A stretch of 64,000 bases of DNA from the NCBI GenBank assembly GCA_963802145.1, contig CAWDHN010000010.1:844230-908229 (forward strand), in the 5' to 3' direction. Source of the stretch: an uncultured Rikenellaceae bacterium. GTDB lineage: Bacteria; Bacteroidota; Bacteroidia; Bacteroidales; VadinHA17. The notes under the pieces were generated by a model that did no database searches, was not told the DNA's origin, and saw only the letters and a list, made by a program, of their open reading frames with translations. Below, in pieces: positions 1-9,250 of this stretch. Within the stretch, counting starts at the first letter, position 1, and each line of letters opens with the position of its first letter. The translations under genes were made by a program, and so were the position numbers.

Positions 1-553
1 TCTGCAGGGTATCGGTCCAGATTATCGTCCTGATGCCTCCCTTGAGTGTATATATAATAATCAGTGCTATGAATATCAACACATTGACCCAGAACGGGAC
101 ATTCCAGGCATCGAAGACAAATATCTGCAGCACGTTAATGACGAGAAACATGCGCAGTGAAGCGCCTATCACCCTTGAGATTATGAAGAACCCGGCCCCG
201 GTCTTGTACGACCAGAATCCGAACCGCTGCTCAAGGTATCCGTATATGGAGGTCAGTTTGAGGCGGTAGTAGAGTGGCAGAAGAATCAGGGCTATGACAA
301 CGTAGCCGAAAAAGTAGCCAAAGGCTACCATCATATAGGAGAACTGCGTCTCCCCCACCCATCCCGGCACGGACATAAAGGTCACCCCTGAAAGCGAGGC
401 ACCGATCATGCCATAGGCAACGACAAACCATGGGGAGACCTTGTTGCCGATGTAGAACGACTGGTGGTTTGCCTTCCGTGCCGTAATGAAAGTAACTCCG
501 AACAGCATCAGGGTATAGGCGGCGAAGATCAGCAGGATCAGTGTGGGTGTCAT
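1..553 (-). CDS. sodium:solute symporter (SSF) family transporter, N-terminal part; the gene continues past the left edge
   Basis: This ORF is absent from the ORF track because it is open at the window edge. Reverse-strand translation from the ATG at 553-551 reads MTPTLILLIFAAYTLMLFGVTFITARKANHQSFYIGNKVSPWFVVAYGMIGASLSGVTFMSVPGWVGETQF... It is uninterrupted and multi-TM, like an SSF N-terminus. The track ORF 231..617 (-) is in a different frame and has implausible composition. Confidence 0.7.
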   Translation of the reverse strand, partial: MTPTLILLIFAAYTLMLFGVTFITARKANHQSFYIGNKVSPWFVVAYGMIGASLSGVTFMSVPGWVGETQFSYMMVAFGYFFGYVVIALILLPLYYRLKLTSIYGYLEQRFGFWSYKTGAGFFIISRVIGASLRMFLVINVLQIFVFDAWNVPFWVNVLIFIALIIIYTLKGGIRTIIWTDTLQ

Positions 554-637
554 TTCTCCGGGAATGTGTCTGCAAGGATAATAAAAAGATCGCAGATAAA
601 AATAATGATCGTGTCACGTTTGCGGGAAATATTGAAT

Positions 638-645
638 TATTTTTG
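638..645 (+). promoter_or_regulatory. candidate Bacteroidota-type -7 promoter box (TATTTTTG) for recR
   Basis: It matches TAnnTTTG and ends 15 nt upstream of the recR ATG at 661. It lies in the divergent intergenic region. Confidence 0.4.
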
Positions 646-660
646 CCCTAAATCTTAAAA

Positions 661-1275
661 ATGTCAGCACGCTTCCCGTCAAAACTGCTCGAAGAGGCCG
701 TAAATGAGTTCGCCTCACTTCCGGGGATAGGCCGCAAGACCGCCTTCAGGCTGGTGATGCACCTGCTCAGGCGTGACAGCGGCGAAGTGCGAAGGTTCGG
801 CGAGACCATCACCAGGCTGAGGGAAGATGTCTGTTACTGCAGTGTGTGCCACGGTATAAGTGACACGGCGGTATGTGAGATATGCAGTGACGATTCACGC
901 GACAGGTCAGTCATCTGCGTCGTTGAGAACGTACAGGATGTGATGGCCGTTGAGAATACAAGGCAGTTCAGGGGATTATACCATGTACTGGGTGGAATCA
1001 TATCACCCGTGGATGGAGTGGGCCCCTCTGATCTTACAATAACGAAGCTTGAAGAAAAAGTCAGGGAGGGCACCATTAAGGAGATCATTCTCGCACTCAG
1101 CACAACCATGGAAGGAGACACCACAAACTTCTATATCTACAAGCGCCTCTCAGGGTATGATGTCCGTATCACCACCCTTGCACGCGGTGTGGCCATAGGT
1201 GATGTGCTCGAGTACACCGATGAGATCACCCTCGGTCAGTCAATCATCAACCGCCGGCTCTTCTCACTTCATTAG
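661..1275 (+). CDS. recR: recombination protein RecR
   Basis: 204 aa. It has a helix-hairpin-helix ([12 protein letters not shown]), a C4 zinc finger ([16 protein letters not shown]) and a Toprim-like core ([12 protein letters not shown]). Confidence 0.95.
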   Translation: MSARFPSKLLEEAVNEFASLPGIGRKTAFRLVMHLLRRDSGEVRRFGETITRLREDVCYCSVCHGISDTAVCEICSDDSRDRSVICVVENVQDVMAVENTRQFRGLYHVLGGIISPVDGVGPSDLTITKLEEKVREGTIKEIILALSTTMEGDTTNFYIYKRLSGYDVRITTLARGVAIGDVLEYTDEITLGQSIINRRLFSLH

Positions 1276-1373
1276 TCGCACGGCGGCGGCCCGTTTGTAT
1301 TTAACATCCAAAAACGCCACTGTCATTTTTTTATTCTGAAAATCTTGCTTATTTTGATAAAAATCAAGAGCTG

Positions 1374-2585
1374 ATGACAGAGACATTTGACAGGTTCTAT
1401 TCAGATGCATCGCATCTGATGAAGAAATCGGCAATCCGCGAGATACTTAAGCTTACCCAGAGGCCTGACATGATCTCCTTTGCCGGAGGACTCCCCTCCC
1501 CGGATTCTTTTCCCATTGAGGACATAAAAAAGATCACCTCGGAGATGCTTGATGAGGAAGGCAAGGCCGCTCTCCAGTACGGTACCACCGAGGGTGATCT
1601 GAAGCTCCGTACGCTCCTTGCGGAACGTCACAGAAAAGACGGCCTCGAGCTGTCGCCAAACAGCATTATCATTACCACAGGCTCACAGCAGGCACTTGAC
1701 CTGTGCGGGAAGATCTTCATTAACCGCGGTGATGTTGTCCTCTGCGGGTTACCCTCCTACCTGGGTGGACTCAATGCGTTTTCCAATTACGGCGCCAGGC
1801 TGAAGGGCATACCACTTGACGATAATGGCATGAGGCCTGACCTCCTTGAGAAGACGATAATAAAACTGAAGAATGAGGGCAGCATCATCAAGTTCATCTA
1901 CATAATACCTGATTTCCAAAATCCTACAGGCGTCACTCTTCCCCGCGCGCGTCGTCTCGAGATCATTCGCATTGCCGTGCGTCATGACCTTGTAATCGTG
2001 GAAGACAGTCCATACCGCGACGTACGTTTCGAGGGCACCCCCGAGCCGCTTATGTCATCTCTTGACACCACCGGCAGGGTACTGACTCTCAACACCTTCT
2101 CCAAGATCCTCGCCCCCGGGTTCAGACTGGCATGGGTAACAGGCCATCCTGCGATCATCGATAAGCTGGTAACGGCAAAACAGGCTGCCGACCTGTGCAC
2201 ACCCCCGTTTGTGCAGAAGATAACGGCGCGGTACATTGAGAAGGGACTGCTGGATGTGAACCTGAAAAAGACCATTGACATGTACCGTGAGAGGCGCGAC
2301 TACATGCTTAAATGCTTTCGGGAACAGATGCCTGAGGGAGTGAAATGGACCGAACCCTCAGGAGGCCTCTTCCTCTTCGTCACCCTGCCCCCCTCTATGG
2401 ATGCGGCAAGGCTTCTGGAAAGAGCGCTGCAGAAGAATGTCGCCTTCGTATGCGGCTCTGTCTTCTATTGCAACAATGAGGGTCATAACACCATGCGTAT
2501 CAACTTCTCCTTCTGCGGGAAGGAAGATACATGCGAAGGTGTGCGAAGGCTGGCCGAGGCAATAAGGGAGGAGAGTGCTTCCTGA
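1374..2585 (+). CDS. PLP-dependent aminotransferase, class I/II (2-aminoadipate/aromatic aminotransferase-like)
   Basis: 403 aa. It carries the PLP-lysine motif TFSKILAPGFRLAW and has the typical fold-type I length. Confidence 0.85.
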   Translation: MTETFDRFYSDASHLMKKSAIREILKLTQRPDMISFAGGLPSPDSFPIEDIKKITSEMLDEEGKAALQYGTTEGDLKLRTLLAERHRKDGLELSPNSIIITTGSQQALDLCGKIFINRGDVVLCGLPSYLGGLNAFSNYGARLKGIPLDDNGMRPDLLEKTIIKLKNEGSIIKFIYIIPDFQNPTGVTLPRARRLEIIRIAVRHDLVIVEDSPYRDVRFEGTPEPLMSSLDTTGRVLTLNTFSKILAPGFRLAWVTGHPAIIDKLVTAKQAADLCTPPFVQKITARYIEKGLLDVNLKKTIDMYRERRDYMLKCFREQMPEGVKWTEPSGGLFLFVTLPPSMDAARLLERALQKNVAFVCGSVFYCNNEGHNTMRINFSFCGKEDTCEGVRRLAEAIREESAS

Positions 2586-2590
2586 AAACG

Positions 2591-3451
2591 ATGGAGCTCT
2601 CGGTGATAATCGTTTCCTGGAATGTCCGCGATTACCTGAGGCAGGCACTCAGCTCAGTCGTCGCCGCGGCGGAAGGGATAAGTCACGAGGTAACGGTCAT
2701 CGACAATAATTCAAGTGACGGTTCGCCTGATATGGTGGAGAAGGAGTTCTCCCGGGTCAGGCTCATTGTCTCCGGAGCCAACGAAGGGTTTTCTGCTGCC
2801 TGCAACAAAGGCATCAGAGCCTCCTCCGGCGATTACCTCCTGATCCTCAATCCTGACACTGTTGTCAGTCGCGATGCCCTGGCCAGGGCACTCGCATTCA
2901 TGCGCAGCCACCCTGACGCAGGGGCTGCAGGTGCGAGAATGACTGACGGCAACGGCAGATTCCTGCCTGAATCAAAAAGGGGCTTCCCCTCCCCTCTCAC
3001 ATCCCTCTTCAGATTCACAGGCCTGGGCAGGCTCTTCCCGCGATCAGCGTTGTTCAACGCCTACTACCTCGGAGAAAAGCCTGACGACGAAATATGCCGG
3101 GCAGACATCCTCACAGGCGCATTCATGATGATCCGGAGGGAGGCTCTCGACAAAGCCGGCCTCTTTGACACTGCCTACTTCATGTACGGTGAAGATATTG
3201 ACATGAGCTGGAGAATAAGAAAAGCAGGTTACTACAACTACTACCTGCCTGACGTTCAGATAATACATTACAAGGGAAGAAGCACCATGACCGACAGGGC
3301 GGGCTCCCTGAGACACTTTTACGGGGCCATGAAGATTTTTGCCGTCGGTCACCTGCACCGGGGCTGGCACCTTCCCGTAAAAGCCTGTGTGACACTTCTT
3401 GAAACCTCAGCACTGGTGCGGTTCCGTCTCGGACAGTTGATTAAAAAGTGA
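2591..3451 (+). CDS. glycosyltransferase family 2
   Basis: The protein starts at MELSVIIVSWN (ATG 2591). The track start at 2531 overlaps the upstream gene. GT2 signatures are VIDNNSSDGS and LNPDT (DxD-like). Confidence 0.85.
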   Translation: MELSVIIVSWNVRDYLRQALSSVVAAAEGISHEVTVIDNNSSDGSPDMVEKEFSRVRLIVSGANEGFSAACNKGIRASSGDYLLILNPDTVVSRDALARALAFMRSHPDAGAAGARMTDGNGRFLPESKRGFPSPLTSLFRFTGLGRLFPRSALFNAYYLGEKPDDEICRADILTGAFMMIRREALDKAGLFDTAYFMYGEDIDMSWRIRKAGYYNYYLPDVQIIHYKGRSTMTDRAGSLRHFYGAMKIFAVGHLHRGWHLPVKACVTLLETSALVRFRLGQLIKK

Positions 3452-3538
3452 CATCTGTTGTTAAAAAGGAACTGACCACCTGTCATCTTGTAACAATATT
3501 TCACTTATATTAGTCTCTTTAAGTAACTAACCACCCAG

Positions 3539-5656
3539 ATGAGAAGGGCTAAATATATCCTGAGTTTGATTATTGTGATGTACGCCGTCTCTCTTGCAGG
3601 TCAGTCAAGAAGTGAACTACGTGAGATGTTCATCTCCGCCGAAGGTGACCTTCTTTTTGAAGATTATGCCGAGGCCCTCCCAAAATACTTGAGCCTGTTG
3701 CAGATATACCCCGAGAACTACAATTTCTATTTCAGGATCGGTCAGTGTTACCTGAACACCCCGGGCGAAAAGGATAAAGCCATCGCCTGGCTGGAGACGG
3801 CCGTTCAGAATATAAACCCCAGCTACCGTCGCGGCAAGTTTCAGGAGACAGGCGCACCCTATGATGCGCTTTACTTTCTGGCAAATGCCTACCGGATAGT
3901 CAATGACTTTGACAAGGCTCTCGGGGCCTATGAACTGTTTCTCAAGGATGTCGACACTGAAATGTATGACACTGCCCTCGTCAGGTTCCAGATGCAGACC
4001 TGCCACAATGCCCGGCAGATGATGCGCAAACCTGTCTATGTCGTTGACAGGAACCTCGGCAACACAATCAATGACCGGTTTTCCGAATTCAATGCGGTGG
4101 TCTCCCCCGACGAAAAGACACTTCTGTTCACACGTGAGCTTCCGTTCTATGATGCCATCTTCTGGTCGACGAAGGTGAACGGCATATGGTCTGAACCGGT
4201 GAACCTGACACCGCAGCTCGGGATAGACCAGGACTACTACACTTCGTCAGTTTCTCAGGACGGGCGCACGCTGCTGCTTTACAGGACCGACACCTACGAC
4301 GGGAACATCTACATCAGCAGGCTGGAGGGGGACTCCTGGAGTAAGGTGGTGAAGCTCAACAACAACATAAACACAAAATACTGGGAATCGCATGCCACGA
4401 TGACACGTGACGGCAGGAAGATCTATTTCACCAGCAACAGGCGTGAGAGCATGGGCGGACTCGATATCTTCGTTGCAGAGCGTGACAGCACGGGCGACTG
4501 GGGTCCGGCAGTGAACCTCGGACCGGAAATCAACACCATCTATAACGAGGAGACACCTTTCCTTGCAAATGGTGACCGTACGCTCTTCTTCAGCTCCCGC
4601 GGTCATTTCAACCTCGGGGGATATGACATCTTCCGGTCTGACCTCGACGCGCAGGGGCGGTGGAGCACACCCGTAAACATCGGCTACCCTGTCAACAGCA
4701 CCGACGACGATCTCTTTTTCATGCCGCTGGGTAAGGGCGACAGGGGATACTACTCGCGGTTTGGCGATGACGGACAGGGAAGAATGGATATCTACAGCTG
4801 CGACATCTATTCGGAACTCAATCCCCGCAACTTCTTCGTGACGGGCCGGGCATCGGTAAGCAACCTGCTTGCTGAATTCCCGCAGCCGGTGAAGATCACT
4901 GCTGTCAGCAATGCAGATAAAAGTAAGCTGATCACGGCACTCACCAACCCGGTCACGGGACTTTATTCATTCCGGCTGCCACAGGGAGCCTATAGTTTTG
5001 TTTATGATTCCGAGGACGCTTTGTCGCTCTCACAGAGCCATGAGATGCCGGTCAGTTACTCGAGTGACACTGTACGGATTGAACCGGTGGTGCTGAGTGA
5101 AACCGATTTATTTGCCCGCTTCAGGCTTTTGTCCGACACCCTGCTTAAGGTCAGCTCGTTGGAGCCTGTTGACATTAACATTATCGCGGAGGAGAGGTCA
5201 ATCCTAAGTGTCGATCTGTCCCCTCCCGACTCTTTGCCTACGGTGGCGCTATTCACTATTACGGATTCCGCATTCACCTATACTTTCCTGCCTCAAGAGG
5301 GTGAGACCATGGTTAGCTTCCAGCTTACCGACCGTTTCGGGAATGATACCGGGGCAGTGGTCAGGGTAATTCGTAAAGATGCTGCCCCACGGCCCGTCAA
5401 GCCACTTTATCGCGAGATCCCCGTGAGACCAGAAGGTGATAAGGCAAAGGCAGAAAGCGGGGAAAAGGCGGTTGCCGCAAGCGACAGTACAGCCCTGGCC
5501 CCAGGTGCCGGCGGCGATGAGACCCTGGTGCCGGCGGATGAGACTGAATCACAGGGATGCTGCTGGCTCTGGTGGATCCTGCTGGCTGTTACACTGATAA
5601 TATTATTCCTCATCTGGAAGAGAAGAAAAAGGGAGAAAAGAGATAATGATCAATAA
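3539..5656 (+). CDS. TPR + TolB-like (PD40/WD40-like) beta-propeller envelope protein, paralog 1, with extra C-terminal domain and C-terminal TM anchor
   Basis: 705 aa with a signal peptide (MRRAKYILSLIIVMYAVSLAGQ). It has an N-terminal TPR block and PD40-type repeats (SEFNAVVSPDEKTLLF, GGLDIFV, GGYDIFRS). An acidic linker is followed by the hydrophobic tail CCWLWWILLAVTLIILFLIW-KRRKREKR. Confidence 0.8.
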   Translation: MRRAKYILSLIIVMYAVSLAGQSRSELREMFISAEGDLLFEDYAEALPKYLSLLQIYPENYNFYFRIGQCYLNTPGEKDKAIAWLETAVQNINPSYRRGKFQETGAPYDALYFLANAYRIVNDFDKALGAYELFLKDVDTEMYDTALVRFQMQTCHNARQMMRKPVYVVDRNLGNTINDRFSEFNAVVSPDEKTLLFTRELPFYDAIFWSTKVNGIWSEPVNLTPQLGIDQDYYTSSVSQDGRTLLLYRTDTYDGNIYISRLEGDSWSKVVKLNNNINTKYWESHATMTRDGRKIYFTSNRRESMGGLDIFVAERDSTGDWGPAVNLGPEINTIYNEETPFLANGDRTLFFSSRGHFNLGGYDIFRSDLDAQGRWSTPVNIGYPVNSTDDDLFFMPLGKGDRGYYSRFGDDGQGRMDIYSCDIYSELNPRNFFVTGRASVSNLLAEFPQPVKITAVSNADKSKLITALTNPVTGLYSFRLPQGAYSFVYDSEDALSLSQSHEMPVSYSSDTVRIEPVVLSETDLFARFRLLSDTLLKVSSLEPVDINIIAEERSILSVDLSPPDSLPTVALFTITDSAFTYTFLPQEGETMVSFQLTDRFGNDTGAVVRVIRKDAAPRPVKPLYREIPVRPEGDKAKAESGEKAVAASDSTALAPGAGGDETLVPADETESQGCCWLWWILLAVTLIILFLIWKRRKREKRDNDQ

Positions 5657-5660
5657 CATA

Positions 5661-6941
5661 ATGAAAATGAAGAGATTTGCGGTTTTATTGCTCATCCTGA
5701 CAATAGGTTATACTGCCAGATCACAAGACAACACAAGGTTACAGGAAGCCTTCTATGAGGCAGAGTACTTTCTGATGAGGGGAGACTATTCCGATGCACT
5801 TCCCTACTACCAGGGAATCTATGCCGCCATGCCGGATAATGCGAGCATCGCATTTCGTCTCGGCCTCTGTTATCTCAACATCGAGGGCAGCAAGAACATG
5901 TCAATTGAATACCTTGAGAAAGCCTCGCAGCAGGTCACTGCCAAATACCGTGAAGGCTCCCTCAGGCAGACCGAAGCGCCATACGAAGCAATTTTCTTTC
6001 TCGGGGACGCCTACAGGATAAACTACATGTTTGAAAAAGCCAGGGAGGCATACTCCAGGTACCGTGAGACTCTGCTCCAGTCTGACATTGAGAACCTCAT
6101 GTTCGTTGACCAGCAGATCGCAACCTGCATTAACGCCCCGGCACTGATGGCCACACCGGTTAAATTCACCGTGGAAAGCATTGACCACATTATCAATGAC
6201 GGCAACAACAATTTCTTCCCGGTCTTCTCCGGTGATGGCAAGTCTATTGCCTATATGACCTCGATGAAATTCTATGATGCCATAATGTTCTCACGAATGG
6301 TCAGGAACGAATGGACTCCTCCCGTCAACATCACCCCGGAACTGCAATCCGACGGCGACCATTACGTCTCTTTTCTGTCAGCCACGGGAGACATGATGCT
6401 TCTCTCCAAGGATGACAACCTGAACAGCGACATATGGATGAGCCGCTACGACGGATCAAGGTGGGAACCCGCACAGAAGCTGAAGAAAGAGATCAACACG
6501 AAATATTGGGAAGCTCACGGCTTCATCACCGAAGACGGCTCAACAATGATATTCTCAAGTGACAGGCCGGGAGGATTCGGCGGTCTCGATCTCTATACCT
6601 CAAAGCTGGGGAAGGATGGCGAATGGGGCAAGCCGGTGAATATGGGGCCGGAGATAAATACACCCTATAATGATGACCGTCCTTTCCTGATCAAGAACGG
6701 CACTATCCTGTTCTTTGCCTCCCAGGGACATACCAACATGGGCGGATACGATATTTTCCGCAGTGATATGCAATACAACGGCCTGTGGAGCAAACCGGTC
6801 AACCTGGGCTATCCTCTGAATAATCCTGACGATAACATTTTCTTCTTCCCCACCGACGGAGGCAAGTCAGGTTATATGTCCCTGTCAGGCAGGGAGGAGG
6901 GAGCCGGCAAAGCTGATATTTACAGGATAAGGTTCAAATAA
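5661..6941 (+). CDS. TPR + TolB-like beta-propeller envelope protein, paralog 2 (minimal form)
   Basis: About 426 aa with signal peptide MKMKRFAVLLLILTIGYTARSQ. It is colinear with paralogs 1 and 3 (GLCYLN, APYEAIFFLGDAYRI, GGLDLY, GGYDIFRSD). The start is uncertain: ATGs occur at 5646, 5661 and 5667. Confidence 0.8.
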   Translation: MKMKRFAVLLLILTIGYTARSQDNTRLQEAFYEAEYFLMRGDYSDALPYYQGIYAAMPDNASIAFRLGLCYLNIEGSKNMSIEYLEKASQQVTAKYREGSLRQTEAPYEAIFFLGDAYRINYMFEKAREAYSRYRETLLQSDIENLMFVDQQIATCINAPALMATPVKFTVESIDHIINDGNNNFFPVFSGDGKSIAYMTSMKFYDAIMFSRMVRNEWTPPVNITPELQSDGDHYVSFLSATGDMMLLSKDDNLNSDIWMSRYDGSRWEPAQKLKKEINTKYWEAHGFITEDGSTMIFSSDRPGGFGGLDLYTSKLGKDGEWGKPVNMGPEINTPYNDDRPFLIKNGTILFFASQGHTNMGGYDIFRSDMQYNGLWSKPVNLGYPLNNPDDNIFFFPTDGGKSGYMSLSGREEGAGKADIYRIRFK

Positions 6942-6998
6942 TGCTTTTCAACACACACACAATGCTCCGGAAGGTTTAATTTCGCATCAAACAGAGAC

Positions 6999-8645
6999 AT
7001 GGGAATAAGGGGAATAGTTTTTGTGACCGGGCTGCTTCTGCTGGTACCGCTGAGTGCGCAGAAGAAGAGCGAGATAAAGGAGATATGGCTGGAGGCCGAA
7101 TCTCACTATCTCTATGGCGAATATGAGCTTGCCAACCCGCTCTATCTGATACTCAATGACCTGAGGCCAGACAACGCCAACATCAAATACAAAATCGGGA
7201 ACTGCTATCTGAATATTTTTGATGAGAAACCCAAAGCCATACCTTTCCTTGAGGAGGCTGTCAGAAATACCAGCTATAACTCCAAAACAGGAAATCTGAA
7301 GGAGAAGAGAGCTCCGCTTGATGCCTATTTCTCACTTGCCAATGCCTACAGGATAACCAACAGGCTCGACAGTGCCCTGAATACCTACCGCTTCTTCAAG
7401 CAGCTCATTTCAGAGTCGGCTGCGATGCAGAACCAGGAGTTCGTCAACCAGCAGATACAGGCCTGCAATATCGCCTCAATACAGATGAATGCCCCGGTGA
7501 ATGTGCTCATCCAGCCCCTTAAGGAGTATATCAATCAGGGCTCTGTAAATGACAGACCGGTGGTTAGTTATGACGGCAGCACCATGGCCTATACAGAACG
7601 GCGGGGGCTTGAGAGTGTGGTCTACGTGACACGCAGGGAGGGTAACACATGGGGTACCCCGGAAGACATAACCCTTGAGACATCAATGGGGACCGACTGC
7701 CACACAACGTCGCTCAACAGTGACGGGACGGAACTCTACCTCTTCAAGAATGACAACTACGACGGCAATTTATATGTTACCAGGTTCATCAACGGCAAGT
7801 GGTCTGACATTGAGAAACTCAACAGGAACATCAATACGAGGTTTTACGAATCACATGCTGCCATCTCTTCCGATGGCAAAAAACTCTATTTCACCTCTAA
7901 CCGTGAAGGCGGACTGGGAGAGCTTGACCTCTGGGTGTCGGAGAAGGACAACACAGACGACTGGGGCATTCCGGTAAATCTCGGGAATCTGGTAAACACA
8001 CCCTATAATGAGGAGACGCCTTTTATCTCCGGCGACGGCAATACACTCACGTTCAGTTCGGAAGGCCATGGTTCAATGGGCGGATACGACATATTCCTCT
8101 CCAGGCTTTCAGCCGGACTGTGGACCAATCCGGTCAATATCGGCTATCCGGTAAGCACAACCGATGACAACATCGGGTTCCAGCCTTACATGAACGGTGC
8201 CTTTGGTTTCTATTCCATAATGACCGACTACAAAAAGAAAGATATCACACTGGTGACATTCAATCCGCCCGATGATGAGTCGAGAGACACGGTGACCATC
8301 AGCTTTGACCCTGCAGATCTGCCCTACCTGACACATGTTGACACCTCCCTGCTTATCACCAACCTCACGCTCAGAGATGTATCTGACTCTGACGAAGAGA
8401 TAGACCCGGAGGTGCTGTACTATACGGTACAGGTGATGGCACTCTATAATCCTGTTGACCCTGCTTATTTTGAATTTGCAGAGATTTCGGTATTCTATAA
8501 CCTGGCAGACAGGTTCTACCGTTATACAACAGGCCAGTTCAGTACCAAGCGGGCAGCGTACGATGAACTGGGAAGACTTCTCAGGCTGGGATATCCCAAT
8601 GATATCTTCGTGAAGAAAGTGTACAGGAATGATTCTGGAAAGTGA
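6999..8645 (+). CDS. TPR + TolB-like beta-propeller envelope protein, paralog 3, with SPOR-like C-terminal domain
   Basis: 548 aa with a signal peptide. It has the same TPR/PD40 architecture as paralogs 1 and 2. The C-terminal ~75 aa (YYTVQVMALYNPVD...YRYTTGQFSTKRAAYDELGRLLRLGYPNDIFVKKV) fits the SPOR peptidoglycan-binding pattern. Confidence 0.8.
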   Translation: MGIRGIVFVTGLLLLVPLSAQKKSEIKEIWLEAESHYLYGEYELANPLYLILNDLRPDNANIKYKIGNCYLNIFDEKPKAIPFLEEAVRNTSYNSKTGNLKEKRAPLDAYFSLANAYRITNRLDSALNTYRFFKQLISESAAMQNQEFVNQQIQACNIASIQMNAPVNVLIQPLKEYINQGSVNDRPVVSYDGSTMAYTERRGLESVVYVTRREGNTWGTPEDITLETSMGTDCHTTSLNSDGTELYLFKNDNYDGNLYVTRFINGKWSDIEKLNRNINTRFYESHAAISSDGKKLYFTSNREGGLGELDLWVSEKDNTDDWGIPVNLGNLVNTPYNEETPFISGDGNTLTFSSEGHGSMGGYDIFLSRLSAGLWTNPVNIGYPVSTTDDNIGFQPYMNGAFGFYSIMTDYKKKDITLVTFNPPDDESRDTVTISFDPADLPYLTHVDTSLLITNLTLRDVSDSDEEIDPEVLYYTVQVMALYNPVDPAYFEFAEISVFYNLADRFYRYTTGQFSTKRAAYDELGRLLRLGYPNDIFVKKVYRNDSGK

Positions 8646-9159
8646 CGGCGTAAGGCTTCGGGCGGTTGAGCCGGAAGACCTGGAACTTCTTTACAAATGG
8701 GAAAATGAGGAAGCTGACTGGAAAGGCAGTAATACTCTTGTCCCATACTCCAGGTATATCCTCAAGAGATACATCGCCAGTTCTCACAGGAGTCTGTTCG
8801 AGACCTGCCAGCTGAGACTGATGATAGATGTGATGCCGGGCAACAGGACAGTTGGCACGGTAGACCTGTACGACTTTGATCATTTTCACATGAGGGCTGG
8901 CGTGGGCATCCTGATTGCAGACCCCGCGGAGAGAAAGAAGGGTTACGCCTCTGCTGCCCTGTACTGCATCATCAGGTATGCCTTTGATACCATAAACCTC
9001 CATCAGCTCTGGTGCAATATCATTGAAGGCAACAGTGAAAGCATGGGCCTTTTCAGGCATCACGGATTCGAATTGTGCGCCACGAGAAAAGAGTGGATAA
9101 GGATCGGACAGGGATTTGAGACCGAATACACGCTCCAGCTTATCAACAAGGCAAAATAG
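8629..9159 (+). CDS. GNAT family N-acetyltransferase (RimJ/RimL-like)
   Basis: 176 aa. The N-terminus is typical (LRAVEPEDLELLYKWEN) and there is an acetyl-CoA loop (ERKKGYASAAL). It overlaps the upstream gene by 17 nt. Confidence 0.8.
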   Translation: MILESDGVRLRAVEPEDLELLYKWENEEADWKGSNTLVPYSRYILKRYIASSHRSLFETCQLRLMIDVMPGNRTVGTVDLYDFDHFHMRAGVGILIADPAERKKGYASAALYCIIRYAFDTINLHQLWCNIIEGNSESMGLFRHHGFELCATRKEWIRIGQGFETEYTLQLINKAK

Positions 9160-9250
9160 ATTGTCGATTGTCGGTTTATCAAAAATCGAAAATAGACACT
9201 CGCTAAGACTTTGGACTTTCGGCTTTATGGGTTTTCGGCTTTAGACTTTC
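9159..9250. repeat. heptanucleotide tandem-repeat element, locus R1: (GATTGTC)2 ... AATCGAAAAT ... (GRCTTTN)x6
   Basis: The sequence is gattgtcgattgtcgg...aaaatcgaaaat...gactttg gactttc ggcttta tgggttttc ggcttta gactttc. It lies between convergent genes and runs into the last codons of rlmN. It shares words with loci at 29230 and 30681. Confidence 0.75.

Noticed and set aside
6950-6962. (AC)6 dinucleotide run between TPR/propeller paralogs 2 and 3
   Set aside because: It is too short to be meaningful and no associated structure was seen.
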